DNA of 64,000 nt. Origin: Armatimonadota bacterium. Its GTDB lineage: Bacteria; Armatimonadota; UBA10988. How positions within the stretch are numbered: position 1 is the first letter of the stretch; the number at the start of each line of letters is the position of its first letter. Positions 28,938 through 38,914 of the stretch are shown piece by piece. Below the pieces are notes generated by a model. It did not search any database, was not told the DNA's origin, and was given only the letters and a program-made list of their open reading frames with translations. The translations under genes were made by a program, and so were the position numbers. The DNA is taken from positions 64,001 to 128,000 of the forward strand of contig JACRKZ010000067.1 of NCBI GenBank assembly GCA_016235455.1. The letters run 5' to 3'.

Positions 28938-29148
28938 GCCCGACCCCTCCTGCCTGGGCCAAACATAGCACACGCGAACCACCACAACCACCCGACGGCG
29001 CCCTACCGGCCCAGGCGAGTCGCGCACTGGTCTGGGTACATTCGGGCGGATATGGAGCGGTTTGGCCGAACCTGTGCCAAACTGTTGTTTGAGGCCTGCG
29101 CGTGCGCGACGTTTGACGACCGTTGGGACACTCCCCGGAGTACGATCA

Positions 29149-29304
29149 ATGGACAAGCATGTCAAGCAAGCCAACTGCCCCAAGGGCGGGCCGCACCGCT
29201 GGGTCACCACCACCGCCGCCGGCACCATGAGCTGCGACAAGTGTGGCAAGAAGAAGCAGGTCAGCACCAAGGGCACGCGCAAGCCCGTCGCCGACCCCGA
29301 GTAG
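29149..29304 (+). CDS. Small (51 aa) basic protein with a possible Zn-ribbon (C-x5-H ... CxxC)
   Basis: GGAG SD; high GC3 codon usage; NCPKGGPHRW...SCDKCGKKK. Confidence 0.65.
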   Translation: MDKHVKQANCPKGGPHRWVTTTAAGTMSCDKCGKKKQVSTKGTRKPVADPE

Positions 29305-29377
29305 CGTCCAACCCGGATTCGTGTACACGGTAGCGCCACGGGCAAGGTAGAACCAGCAGCATCCCCGGAGTCTGGTT

Positions 29378-31012
29378 GTGGCCAAGTCGCTGTGTCGCCT
29401 CGTCGTGTCACTGGCCGTGCTGACAGCGTGCTCGGCGCCGTCGGCTGATGCCTACCCCGTTGCCTACGCCCTCAGCCTGAGCGACCTGACCGCCAAGGCT
29501 GACGTCGTGGCCAAGGTCGAGGTCGTCAGCGGCGCGGCCGTTGCCGACCCGTGGTTCACGCCGGTCGGCGGTTTCGTCGCGCGCGCGACCACCATGCGTC
29601 CCATCGCCTGTTACCGCGGCGGCCCGCTGCCCGAGCGCTTCACCTTCCGCCACTACGCGCCGGCCGCCGAGAGCGGGCCGATGATGTACATGCCGCAGTG
29701 GTACAAGTTTGCCGACGCGCGCTGCTACCTGGTCTGGGCCGCCAGGACCGACCAGCCCGGCGTACTTAGGCAGATGGAGAAGGGCCATCGCACCCAGGAG
29801 GATCAGGGCGTCGTGCTGTGCGCCGATGCCGATCCGCACCTTGGCCTGAGCGTCGACCGCGTCGTTCTGGCCGAACTCACCGGCCTGCTGCGTGGCCGCG
29901 AGGTCGCCGACGTGCTCTATGGGCTGGACCACCTCGACGAGTTCACCAGCAAGTCGCGCGACGGTAAGCCTGACTTCGTCCTGGGTGACGCTCTGCCCGC
30001 GGTGCTGCCGCTCATCCGCGATGCGCGCGACGATGTGGCCAAGCGCGCCATCACCTTCATCGGCGGGCACAACCCCTACCTCTCGCCCGGCGATGCCACC
30101 TTCTGGCTGGCCTCGGTGGCGGGCGCCAACCTGCCGGGTCTCGGCCCACGCGACCTGACCGCGGCCAACGCCGCCGGCCAGGCCTACTGGCGCCAGTTGG
30201 CCGCGGTGGCCGACAGCCGGCGCGGCGCGACGGTGCGCGCGGCCGCCATCCGGGCGCTAGGCCACGCCAAGGTGCCCGAGCTGGCACCCCTGGCCCGCCG
30301 CTGGGCCGCCGACGCCGATCCGACCGTCCGCGCCGCGGCAGCGGTGCTGTTGGCCGACTATCCCGACCAGGTGCCGCTGCTGCGCACGCTGACCAGCGAC
30401 AAGCAGGCCGCCGTGCGCGCCGGCGCGGCGCAGGCGGTCGGCTTCGGCCAGATGACCGCGCTGCTGCCCGAGCTGGCACGGCTGCTGGACGACCCCGAGA
30501 CGTCGGTGAGTTCGGCCGCCGCGGCCAGCCTGCTGTCGTTCCCGCTGACCGCCAGCCGGACGATACTCACCGCGCGGGCCGGCCAGGCGCAGTGGGGCTG
30601 CCTGTTCGTCAATGCGCTGGCCAAGGAGGAGCCGGGCCGGTACCTGACGCAGCTCGCCCAGATCGTGCGCACCGGTCCGCAGCCCGAGGGCTGGTGGGGC
30701 GGCCGCATCCCCTGGGGCGAGAGCTGGGACATCCTCTTCGCGTATACCAAGCGGCAGGACGAGGACGTGCTGCGCCTCGGTGGGCTGGACGAGGTGCTCG
30801 ACGCGCTCGAGTCACCCGCCCGGCCGGCCGGCGCAGCGCCCAGCTACTACAGCTCCTCGGAGCCGCGCGACCTGTATGCGCTGTACGTGCAGCGCGGGCT
30901 CACCGCGCGCGCCAAGGCGTTCAGAGAGCGCTGCGTCAAGGCCATGAGCTATGACATCGACCAGTACTTCCGGCAGGTCGATGCGAATCCGGGGCTGTAC
31001 CGGCGGGAGTAG
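29378..31012 (+). CDS. Exported HEAT-repeat protein (possible lipoprotein)
   Basis: Lipobox-like LTAC; repeated D..VRAAAA HEAT units. Confidence 0.75.
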   Translation: MAKSLCRLVVSLAVLTACSAPSADAYPVAYALSLSDLTAKADVVAKVEVVSGAAVADPWFTPVGGFVARATTMRPIACYRGGPLPERFTFRHYAPAAESGPMMYMPQWYKFADARCYLVWAARTDQPGVLRQMEKGHRTQEDQGVVLCADADPHLGLSVDRVVLAELTGLLRGREVADVLYGLDHLDEFTSKSRDGKPDFVLGDALPAVLPLIRDARDDVAKRAITFIGGHNPYLSPGDATFWLASVAGANLPGLGPRDLTAANAAGQAYWRQLAAVADSRRGATVRAAAIRALGHAKVPELAPLARRWAADADPTVRAAAAVLLADYPDQVPLLRTLTSDKQAAVRAGAAQAVGFGQMTALLPELARLLDDPETSVSSAAAASLLSFPLTASRTILTARAGQAQWGCLFVNALAKEEPGRYLTQLAQIVRTGPQPEGWWGGRIPWGESWDILFAYTKRQDEDVLRLGGLDEVLDALESPARPAGAAPSYYSSSEPRDLYALYVQRGLTARAKAFRERCVKAMSYDIDQYFRQVDANPGLYRRE

Positions 31013-31014
31013 CG

Positions 31015-31563
31015 TCAGGGCAGCGCTCGCAGCCGCTCGATGGCCTGTTCGGCCCAGGCCAGCTCGGCCACAAGATGCGCCTTGCCGCTGTCCAGCGTGA
31101 GCTGCCAGAACAGCCTCATGCGCTCGGTGCCCAGGCTAGCATAGCGCCCGGCCACGTTGTCCTGCACCTCACCGCTGAGATGCGCCAGCGCGTCGCGCAT
31201 CTGGGCCACATGCTGCTCGAACAGGGCGATGATCTCCTCGTTGGGCAGGTGATGGGCGAAGAACACCTGCACCAGCCAGGCGCTGCGGCCGTGGGGCCCC
31301 GTCGGCGGCGAGGCCAGCCAGGCACGCAGGTCGGCCAGGCCGGCCTCGGTCAAGTGGTAGACCTTGCGGTCGGGCAGGTCGGTCTGCGGCACCACCTCCA
31401 CGCGCAGCAGGCCCTCGTCGGCCATGTCGCGCAGCGTGCGGTAGATCTGGCTCTGGGTGGCCGGCCAGAAGTTGCGCACCGAGTCATCGAACATCTTCTT
31501 CAGGTCGTAGCCGGTCATCGGCCCGTACGACAGGAAGCCCTGGATGGCATGTGCCAGCGACAC
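31015..31563 (-). CDS. PadR family transcriptional regulator
   Basis: PMTGYDLKK.F..SV..FW.ATQSQIY..L, PDRKVY.LT..G; C-terminal Vir_act_alpha-like helices. Confidence 0.93.
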   Translation of the reverse strand: MSLAHAIQGFLSYGPMTGYDLKKMFDDSVRNFWPATQSQIYRTLRDMADEGLLRVEVVPQTDLPDRKVYHLTEAGLADLRAWLASPPTGPHGRSAWLVQVFFAHHLPNEEIIALFEQHVAQMRDALAHLSGEVQDNVAGRYASLGTERMRLFWQLTLDSGKAHLVAELAWAEQAIERLRALP

Positions 31564-31581
31564 AGCGAACTCCTCTCGGCC

Positions 31582-32952
31582 TCAGCCCTGCTCCACCGCG
31601 CGCTGGTGGCCCTTGACCATCTCGGCCCGCATGCGGTTCTGGATCTCCGTGCGCACCCGAGCGCTGCGGGTCAGCAGCATCATGACCGCGTTCAGCGCGC
31701 GCGTCTTCCAGTCGCGCTGCGGGAAGTCATAGTAGCCCAGTCGCCGGTAGGCGCGATGGTCGGCCTGGAAAACCCAGCGCAGCCGACCAAAGACCTCGTC
31801 GCGGAACAGCTTGTGAGCCGCGACGCCCAGGAACGTCTTGGGCTGCACCCAACTGTCGGCCGCTGCCTGCGCCAGGCGCTGCGCCACGCTGTCCAGCAAG
31901 CCGTCCAGGCCGTCGTTCTCATCGGAGACGATGTCGACCAGGTTGGCCTGCTGCAACTGCACCCAGGCCTCGAGCTGCTCGCGCAAACCGGGCAGATGAG
32001 CGGCCGGCCCCGACAGCAACACGGCGAACTGGCGGCCGATGAGGTGCGGCGCGTGGTTGAGGAAGAAGCTGCGGTCGAAGAACTGCCGCCAGCGCGACGA
32101 CAGATTGCGATCGACGATGCGCGCCGCGAGCACGATGATGTCCGCGCGCTGCAGCTTCTCGCGATGGAATGCGATGTAGTCGTCCTTGCCCTCGAACACG
32201 CACTGGTTGTCATAGGCGCAGTGGCAGCAGCCCTGGCAGCCGGCGCTGATGCGCAGGTCGTTGAGGTTGACCACCTCGGCCTGGTCACCCCAAGCCTCGG
32301 CCATCCGCCGCACCATGCCCGCCAGCGGCTCGTTTGCGTCGTGGTGGTCGGTGACGATGAGCACGCGGCGCCCGCGGGCGTCCACCCTCGTCGCCGGGGC
32401 GCCGGGCGCATATGCGGCCACCGTGCCCGGCAATGGCGCGGTCTGCCGCGCCGCAGGTCGGCCCTCCGTCGCGGCGGTCAGCACGTCGAGCCCGAACCGG
32501 CGCGCCGCGGCCTGACCCGCGGGCGTGGGCAGGTCGTCCATGTCCGCGCTCAGCCCGCCCAAGTACCGCATGCCCAGATCGTCGATGATGCCGCGCAGGT
32601 AGGCGTGGGCCGTGTGGTCGTAGAAGTGGATGGACGTGGTCACCACAGCCGCGGCCTTGCCCGCGAAGGCGTCAGCCGCGCCGCGCTCGCCGATCAACTC
32701 GATGAAGCGCTTGTACTGCGAGCAGACCAGCATGTAGTACACCGGGCACGACCAGATGACCAGGTCGGCGCCGCGCACTTCGTCGATGACCTCGGCCCAG
32801 CGCTGCTCATCGCGCTCGAGCACCGCGATCCGGTGTGCCACATTCAGGTAGTGCCAGTCGTGGCCCTCTTGCTGCTTCGACACATAGCGCACCGTCTGCA
32901 ACGTCACGCTGTCATCGCCCTTGGGGCTGCCGTTCAACACCACGATCCTCAT
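31582..32952 (-). CDS. Two-domain NAD(P)H-dependent flavodoxin-like/iron-sulfur flavoprotein
   Basis: LNGSPK..S.T and PVY FMN motifs; second domain with CQGCCHCAYDNQC Fe-S motif. Confidence 0.85.
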   Translation of the reverse strand: MRIVVLNGSPKGDDSVTLQTVRYVSKQQEGHDWHYLNVAHRIAVLERDEQRWAEVIDEVRGADLVIWSCPVYYMLVCSQYKRFIELIGERGAADAFAGKAAAVVTTSIHFYDHTAHAYLRGIIDDLGMRYLGGLSADMDDLPTPAGQAAARRFGLDVLTAATEGRPAARQTAPLPGTVAAYAPGAPATRVDARGRRVLIVTDHHDANEPLAGMVRRMAEAWGDQAEVVNLNDLRISAGCQGCCHCAYDNQCVFEGKDDYIAFHREKLQRADIIVLAARIVDRNLSSRWRQFFDRSFFLNHAPHLIGRQFAVLLSGPAAHLPGLREQLEAWVQLQQANLVDIVSDENDGLDGLLDSVAQRLAQAAADSWVQPKTFLGVAAHKLFRDEVFGRLRWVFQADHRAYRRLGYYDFPQRDWKTRALNAVMMLLTRSARVRTEIQNRMRAEMVKGHQRAVEQG

Positions 32953-32980
32953 CACTCGCTCCCTATGCCACCAAAGGCAT

Positions 32981-33034
32981 ATAGCACATATGCACTATGA
33001 CACTAATGGTATACAAGGCACCACGTCGTGTCAA
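32981..33034 (-). promoter_or_regulatory. sigma70 promoter plus probable PadR operator
   Basis: TTGACA-N17-TACCAT (33034-33006); imperfect palindrome ATAGCACATATGCACTAT (32981-32998) at the predicted transcription start. Confidence 0.7.
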
Positions 33035-33095
33035 GCGCGATCTGGTTGACTTAGAGAGTCAGCCTGGGCTACGCTCGGCGGCATCGAGCCCGACC

Positions 33096-35588
33096 ATGCC
33101 CTACCTCGCCGCACTGCTCCTGCTGCCGCTGGCCACGCCGCCGCTGACCTGGCGGATCGGCGCGGTCGACTACGCCTTTGCGCCCGACACCGGCCAACTC
33201 AGGGCGACCGACGGCGGCGCGTCGGTGACGCTGCTCGACGGCGCCGGGCCCAAGCTGCCCCAGCCAGCGCGCCTGGTCCGGGTGGATGGCGCGGTCTGCC
33301 ATTACGCCGCGGGCGAGTACACCTACACGCTGACGCTACGGCCCGAGGCCGGCGCGTTGGCCTTGCACTGGCAGTCCCAGCAAGCCGTGGAGCGAATGAC
33401 CGCGGGCCGCGCCGTGGGCGCTGGGCCATGGGCGCGGCTCAGCTACACGCGCCATGCCGAGCCGTACGGCCAGCCGTTCTGGCCGCGCGTGGCTCAGTGG
33501 CGCGACAGCGGATTGTTCCTGGCTGCCGCCTGGGATATGGCCGCCAGCGCGGGAAGCGAGTGGGACGCGCCGGACCAGCGGTTCGCCGGTACCGGGCCGT
33601 TCGCCACAGCGCTGGACGTGGTCTATCGGGCGCGCACCGACGGCTCGCGGCTGCCGCTGGACGAGACATTGCGCGTGCGCGTGGGCCGCGACCTGTGGCA
33701 GACCGCGCCGCTGCCCACCCAGCAGCCCAGCCCGTATGCCGCGGAGTTGGGCCGCGAGGTCATGCTCGACCTATGGAGCGGCACCGCGCGCGAGAACACG
33801 GCGCTGCTACGGCATCTGGATAGCGTGTGTGGCGGCGAGGCGCGGTTCGTCACCGTGCTGGAGAACTGGCAGGCCGGCGGGTTCGATGCCCTGCTGCCCG
33901 ACAGCATTCGCCTGCCCGAGTATCCACCCAACCCCGGCGTGGGCAGCGTCGCCGAACTGAGCGAGTTGTGCCAGACCGCCAAGCGCCTGGGACGTTTCGG
34001 CTTCCGCACCAACTATGTCTATCTGCGCCCCAGCTCGCCCAGCGCCAAGGCTGGTGAGGCCCGGGCCGCACTGGGCTCCGACGGCAAGCCGCTGTGGTTC
34101 ACGCGACCCGCCGACTGGCTGCCGCTGGCCCGCCGGCAGGAGGCCGACATCGCCACGCTCGGCGCGCCCAACGCCACCTTCTCCGACCAGCTCACCAGCG
34201 GTGGCGGCGCCTGGGCCTATGAGGACTGCGATGTGGCGCAGGGCGACCGGGTGAGCATGGGCCGCGCACTGGCAGCGCAGCGCGAGCTGGCCACGCTGCT
34301 GCGCACGGCGCACGGCGGGCCGCTGGGTAGCGAGACGCTGATCGATGAGCAGTTGCTCGGTCAATGGGTGGACAACGGCGATTTCGGCATCTACGACGGC
34401 CATCACCGGGCCATGACGCCGGAGTTCAAGCTGCGGCGCATCCACCACCTCTCGGCCTTCCATGGCATGGGGCTGATGTACCGCTTCTTCGAGATGCCGC
34501 CCTTCAAGAGCTGGAGCGGCGGCCAGGCCAGGTACCTGACCGACCCCGCGCAGTATGACGACTACCGCGCGGCAACCGTGCTGTACGGCAACGGCGGCTA
34601 CCTGTTCTACTACCCCGGGATGCCGTGGGACTACGTGTTGACCGAGTGCCTGGTGGTCGGCACGCTCCAGCGCCACTACGCCGGCGTGGCGGTCAAGGCG
34701 GTGCGCTACTGGCACGAAGGCCGGTGGGTCGGCCTGCTGGACCTGGTGGCCGCCGGCATCGACCCCGTGCCGTCGCCGTGGGGGCCACAGCCCGACAGCC
34801 TGCGGCGCATCCGCGTCGAGTATGCCAACGGCCTGACGGTGGTGGTCAACCGCCTGCCGGACAGCTGCACCGTGGACGCCGTCGGCGGGCCGCTGACCCT
34901 ACCCCAAGCCGGCTGGGCAGCCTGGCAGGCTGACGGCTCGGTGTTGGCCTACTCGGCGCTGGCGCCCGGCACAACGACGCGCATCGACTATGTGGCCGAC
35001 CGCGCGCGCGGCTTGCGGTTCGTCAACCCGCGTGGCGCGCAAGTGTTTGGCGTCGACCGACCGACGCTGTGGCGCGGCGGGCGCCTCTGGTCGCAGGTCG
35101 ACCCGAAGACCGGCGATGCCGTGGTCGATGGCCAGCCGCTGCCCTGGCGACCGCCAGCGACGCCGGCCGTGACCCGGCTCGACTTCCGTTTCGAGCACGA
35201 CAGCGCGGGCTGGGTGGGTCAGAGCGACCTCGGCCCGCTGCGGCTTGCCGGCGGTCGGCTGTGTGCCGAGATCACCGGACCCGACCCCTACCTGATCGGC
35301 CCCAAGCTCGACCTGGCGCCAGACAGCGTGAAGACGGTCGTACTGCGGCTGAAGGTGTCCTGCGGCGACTTCGGCCAGCTCTACTTCGTCACCGCCGCGC
35401 AGCCTGGCTGGTCGGAGGAGCGCTGCCTGCGCGTTCCGCTACGCCACACCGAACAGGTGCAGGAGGTGCGGCTGCCGGTGGGCGACCATGCCCAGTGGCG
35501 CGGCCAACGCATCACGGGCCTGCGCCTGGACCCCGAGCATGGCGCGGCGCCGGGCGTCGTCGAGATCGAGAGCATCCGGGGCGAGTGA
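33096..35588 (+). CDS. Secreted uncharacterized glycoside-hydrolase-like protein with a C-terminal CBM-like domain
   Basis: Signal peptide; central barrel-like region (WQAGGFDALLP, FSDQ, GPLGSE); C-terminal GPDPY..LRLDP beta-sandwich; adjacent to GH29. Confidence 0.6.
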   Translation: MPYLAALLLLPLATPPLTWRIGAVDYAFAPDTGQLRATDGGASVTLLDGAGPKLPQPARLVRVDGAVCHYAAGEYTYTLTLRPEAGALALHWQSQQAVERMTAGRAVGAGPWARLSYTRHAEPYGQPFWPRVAQWRDSGLFLAAAWDMAASAGSEWDAPDQRFAGTGPFATALDVVYRARTDGSRLPLDETLRVRVGRDLWQTAPLPTQQPSPYAAELGREVMLDLWSGTARENTALLRHLDSVCGGEARFVTVLENWQAGGFDALLPDSIRLPEYPPNPGVGSVAELSELCQTAKRLGRFGFRTNYVYLRPSSPSAKAGEARAALGSDGKPLWFTRPADWLPLARRQEADIATLGAPNATFSDQLTSGGGAWAYEDCDVAQGDRVSMGRALAAQRELATLLRTAHGGPLGSETLIDEQLLGQWVDNGDFGIYDGHHRAMTPEFKLRRIHHLSAFHGMGLMYRFFEMPPFKSWSGGQARYLTDPAQYDDYRAATVLYGNGGYLFYYPGMPWDYVLTECLVVGTLQRHYAGVAVKAVRYWHEGRWVGLLDLVAAGIDPVPSPWGPQPDSLRRIRVEYANGLTVVVNRLPDSCTVDAVGGPLTLPQAGWAAWQADGSVLAYSALAPGTTTRIDYVADRARGLRFVNPRGAQVFGVDRPTLWRGGRLWSQVDPKTGDAVVDGQPLPWRPPATPAVTRLDFRFEHDSAGWVGQSDLGPLRLAGGRLCAEITGPDPYLIGPKLDLAPDSVKTVVLRLKVSCGDFGQLYFVTAAQPGWSEERCLRVPLRHTEQVQEVRLPVGDHAQWRGQRITGLRLDPEHGAAPGVVEIESIRGE

Positions 35589-35602
35589 GCACCGCGAGCC
35601 GC

Positions 35603-35735
35603 TGCTGGACCGCTGAGCCAGCTTCGCTGGCGGCAGCTCCTGCTTGGCATCGGCCGCAAGGCCGACCCATGGGCGTCGCCGTTGGGAAGGTCGGGTCTAC
35701 GACCCGATGCCAAGCAGGAGCTTGGCGGTCCGGCA
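35603..35735. repeat. REP/REPIN-like palindromic element, copy 1
   Basis: AGCTCCTGCTTGGCATCGG ... CCGATGCCAAGCAGGAGCT arms; core GCGTCGCCGTTGGGAAG.TCGGGTCT.CGACCCG shared with copy 2. Confidence 0.8.
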
Positions 35736-35832
35736 CCGGTTCGGGCTGCTCGGTGCAGCCATCGCGTTCGCGGCGAGTAGCCGCCGACGCCGCGACTGGC
35801 TATACTTCGGCCGTGCCCGACGGGGATGAAGG

Positions 35833-37854
35833 ATGCTCCGACTGCTGTTGCTCTACCTGGCCGTGGCCGCCGCCGCCGCCCAGATCGCCGATCCCGCCCA
35901 TCCACCGGTGGGCATCAAGCCCAGCCGGCCGGTCAACTTCCACCCTCGGCCACCGCTCTACTCGACCGAGGAGCTGTGGCGCTACGAGACGCCCAAGGTC
36001 GAGGCCTTCGCCGCCCGGACCTGGACCGAAATGGTCCAGAGCTTCGAGCGCGGGCCATACCGGCCGACCTGGGACTCGCTGTCGGCGCATCGCTGCCCAG
36101 AGTGGTTCCAGGATGCCAAGCTCGGGCTGTTCGTCGACTACGGCCCATGGTCGGTGGCGGGCTACGCGCCGTTCGCGGGCGCCGGCGCGGTCTACCCGGA
36201 CTGGTACGAGCTGCGCTTGGGCCACGAATGGAAGGCCTACCACGCGGAGACCTGGGGCGCGGATGTCACCGCGGACGATCTGGCCGACCTGATGGGCGCG
36301 CGGAAGTTCGATACCAAGGCCTTCTGCGAGATCGCCCGGGCCGGCGGCATGAAGTACGTCGTGCCGTTCCTCAAGCACCACGGCGGCTTCTGCCTGTGGG
36401 ACAGCTCGGTCACCCGGCGCGATGCCATTGACCGCGGGTTGGGCCGCGACTTCGCCGTGGAGTTCGCCCGCGACTGTCGCGCCGCCGGCCTGAAGTTCGG
36501 CACCTATGTCTCGCTGGGCGAGTGGGCCTACCCCGCCATCGACGGCAACCGGTTGCGCAAGTTCGGCTTCGGCGGCAAGATCGTGGGCGACCTGACTCCG
36601 GGCGAGCCGTTCATCGCCGGCAAGGTGCCGGTGCGTGACTACGCGCGCGACTACCTGGTGCCTCAGTGTAAGGAACTGATCGAGAAGACCAACCCCGACC
36701 TGCTGTGGTACGACGGCGAATGGGACGCGCCAGCCGAGACCTGGCGCGCGCCCGAGATCAATGCCTGGTACTACAACCGCGCCGCCCAGCGCGGCCAGGA
36801 GGTGGCCATCAACGACCGGAGCGGCAAAGGCTGCCGCGGCACGCCGGGCCGCTCGGACTTCATGTGCTCCGAGCACCACAGCCTCGACCCAGGCGCGCAG
36901 CAGCCGTGGGAAGAATGCCGCGGCATCGGCCATAGCTTCGGGTACAACTGGCAGGAGGCCTTCGACGACAAGTACGTGCTGTCCGAGCGCGAGTTGATCG
37001 GCATGGTCATCGACATCGTCGGCCGCGGCGGCAACCTGTTGCTGGTCATCAACCCCGACGGGTCCGGCGTCATACCGCCCAACCAGGAGCGCCGCATCCG
37101 CGCCTTGGGCCAGTGGCTGAAGGCCAATGGCCCGGCCATCTATGCCACCCGCGCGCTGAGCCTGCCCGCGCAGCCGGCGTGGGGCCGCATCACGCGCTCC
37201 AAAGCCGGCGACCGGCTCTATCTGCTGGTCACCAGGCTGCCCGCTGACAAACAACTGGCCGTGCCGGTCAAGGCCGCAGGGATCGGTCGGGCGCGGCTGC
37301 TTAGCGGCGCCCCGGTGCCGTTGACGGCGGGCGCCGACGGCTTCGGAGTTGACCTGTCGAAGCTGCCAGCCACCGCCTTCGACTCCGCGGCCACGGTGGT
37401 CGAGGTGGAGGTCAGGGGACCGCTCGTCGGCACGTTGCCCGCCGTGGCGCCGGCCGCCGACGGCAGCTACGCCCTGAGCTCGGCCAATGGCACGGCCAGC
37501 ACCACCGGCGGCCGGCCGACCGACCTGAAGATCAATGGCGACCCGCCGAAATTCGGCTACTGGGCCGGGCTGGACAATCAGATCACCTGGCGCCTGAGCG
37601 GCGCGCCGGGCCGCTACCGCGTGGTCGTGACCTATGCGGCGGACAACGACTGGAAGGGCCGTGCCGTGGTCACGGTCGGCGGCCGCGCGCTACCGTTCGC
37701 GGTGACGGGCACCGGCGGCACAACCGTGACGCGGGCCGTCGATCTGGGCACGGTCGAGCTGGAGAGCGGGGCCACGCTCGTCGTGCGCGGGACCGAGAAG
37801 CAGAGCCCGTACCTGATGGACGTCTACGGCGTGAAGCTGGTGCCCGTGAGGTAG
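35833..37854 (+). CDS. Alpha-L-fucosidase (GH29) with a C-terminal CBM-like domain
   Basis: PTWDSL..PEWFQDAKLG, AGGMKYVV..KHHGGFCLWDS, LLWYDG (nucleophile), INDR, WEEC..IG.SFGY, GGNLLL. Confidence 0.92.
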   Translation: MLRLLLLYLAVAAAAAQIADPAHPPVGIKPSRPVNFHPRPPLYSTEELWRYETPKVEAFAARTWTEMVQSFERGPYRPTWDSLSAHRCPEWFQDAKLGLFVDYGPWSVAGYAPFAGAGAVYPDWYELRLGHEWKAYHAETWGADVTADDLADLMGARKFDTKAFCEIARAGGMKYVVPFLKHHGGFCLWDSSVTRRDAIDRGLGRDFAVEFARDCRAAGLKFGTYVSLGEWAYPAIDGNRLRKFGFGGKIVGDLTPGEPFIAGKVPVRDYARDYLVPQCKELIEKTNPDLLWYDGEWDAPAETWRAPEINAWYYNRAAQRGQEVAINDRSGKGCRGTPGRSDFMCSEHHSLDPGAQQPWEECRGIGHSFGYNWQEAFDDKYVLSERELIGMVIDIVGRGGNLLLVINPDGSGVIPPNQERRIRALGQWLKANGPAIYATRALSLPAQPAWGRITRSKAGDRLYLLVTRLPADKQLAVPVKAAGIGRARLLSGAPVPLTAGADGFGVDLSKLPATAFDSAATVVEVEVRGPLVGTLPAVAPAADGSYALSSANGTASTTGGRPTDLKINGDPPKFGYWAGLDNQITWRLSGAPGRYRVVVTYAADNDWKGRAVVTVGGRALPFAVTGTGGTTVTRAVDLGTVELESGATLVVRGTEKQSPYLMDVYGVKLVPVR

Positions 37855-37891
37855 TGCGCCGCAGTCAGCGGCGGCAGGAAGGGAAGCGACG

Positions 37892-38905
37892 ATGCTGGGC
37901 TGGGCGATCATCGGACTGGGCGGCGCCGGAACCGGGCACGCGCGGCGACTGGCCGACATACCGGAGCTGCGGCTCGTCGGTGGCTACGATCCGCAACCGG
38001 CGGCGCGCGCTGCGTTCGAACGGACCTTCGGCCTGCCCGCGGCGGACGATCTCGACGCGCTGTTGGCGCGCGGCGACATCGCCGGAGTGACCGTGGCCAC
38101 GTCCAGCGGGCAGCACGCCGAGGTGGCGCTGGCGGCCATCGCGGCCGGTAAACACGTGCTGGTCGAGAAGCCGCTCGGCATGACGGCTACCGAGGTGGCG
38201 ACCGTCCTGACCGCGGCGCAGGCGGCCGGCGTGGTGGCCGTGCCCTTCCACAACCGGCGGTTCGACCCCGACTTTGCCGTGGTGCACGACTGCCTGGCCT
38301 CGGGACGGCTCGGCCGGCTGAGGCGCATCCATTCGTATGTCGGCGGCCCGTCGCCCAATGAGGGTTGGCGCGCCGTACGCGCACAGGCCGGCGGCCGGCT
38401 CTATGACTGGGGTCCGCATCTGCTCGACCAGGTGCTCAGCCTGGCCGGCACGCTACCGGGCACTGTGTGGGGCGTCACGCACGTGCTGCCCGAACGCGGC
38501 GATGCCGATGAGTACTTCCGCGCCGACCTGCGCTTCGCCGACGGGCTGGACGTCACCGTGGAGATGTCCGGCTTCTCCTACCTGCGGCCGCAGCGCTGGG
38601 AAATCCTTGGCGATCTGGGCACGCTGCAGGTGACCGGCAACCTGCACGGCGAGTTCCGGCTCACCGTCGGAGTGGGCGCCGGTGAGCCCGAAATTCTCGA
38701 CACCAGCGCGGCCGCGGAGAATGCCCGGCGCGGCGACGGCGGCGTACTGATCTACCAGCAACTCGCCGCGCGCTTGGAGCGCGGCGAGCCGCTGACCGTC
38801 ACCTGCATGGACGCGTGGCGCGTGGCGGCGGTCATGGACGCCATCCGCGCCTCGGACCAGGCCGGCGCCGCCATCGCGCTGGAACTATCGAGCGGCACGG
38901 CGTGA
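37892..38905 (+). CDS. Gfo/Idh/MocA oxidoreductase
   Basis: IIGLGGAG, AGKHVLVEKP, FHNRRFD, GGRLYDWGPHLLDQ. Confidence 0.92.
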   Translation: MLGWAIIGLGGAGTGHARRLADIPELRLVGGYDPQPAARAAFERTFGLPAADDLDALLARGDIAGVTVATSSGQHAEVALAAIAAGKHVLVEKPLGMTATEVATVLTAAQAAGVVAVPFHNRRFDPDFAVVHDCLASGRLGRLRRIHSYVGGPSPNEGWRAVRAQAGGRLYDWGPHLLDQVLSLAGTLPGTVWGVTHVLPERGDADEYFRADLRFADGLDVTVEMSGFSYLRPQRWEILGDLGTLQVTGNLHGEFRLTVGVGAGEPEILDTSAAAENARRGDGGVLIYQQLAARLERGEPLTVTCMDAWRVAAVMDAIRASDQAGAAIALELSSGTA

Positions 38906-38914
38906 GCCCGACCG

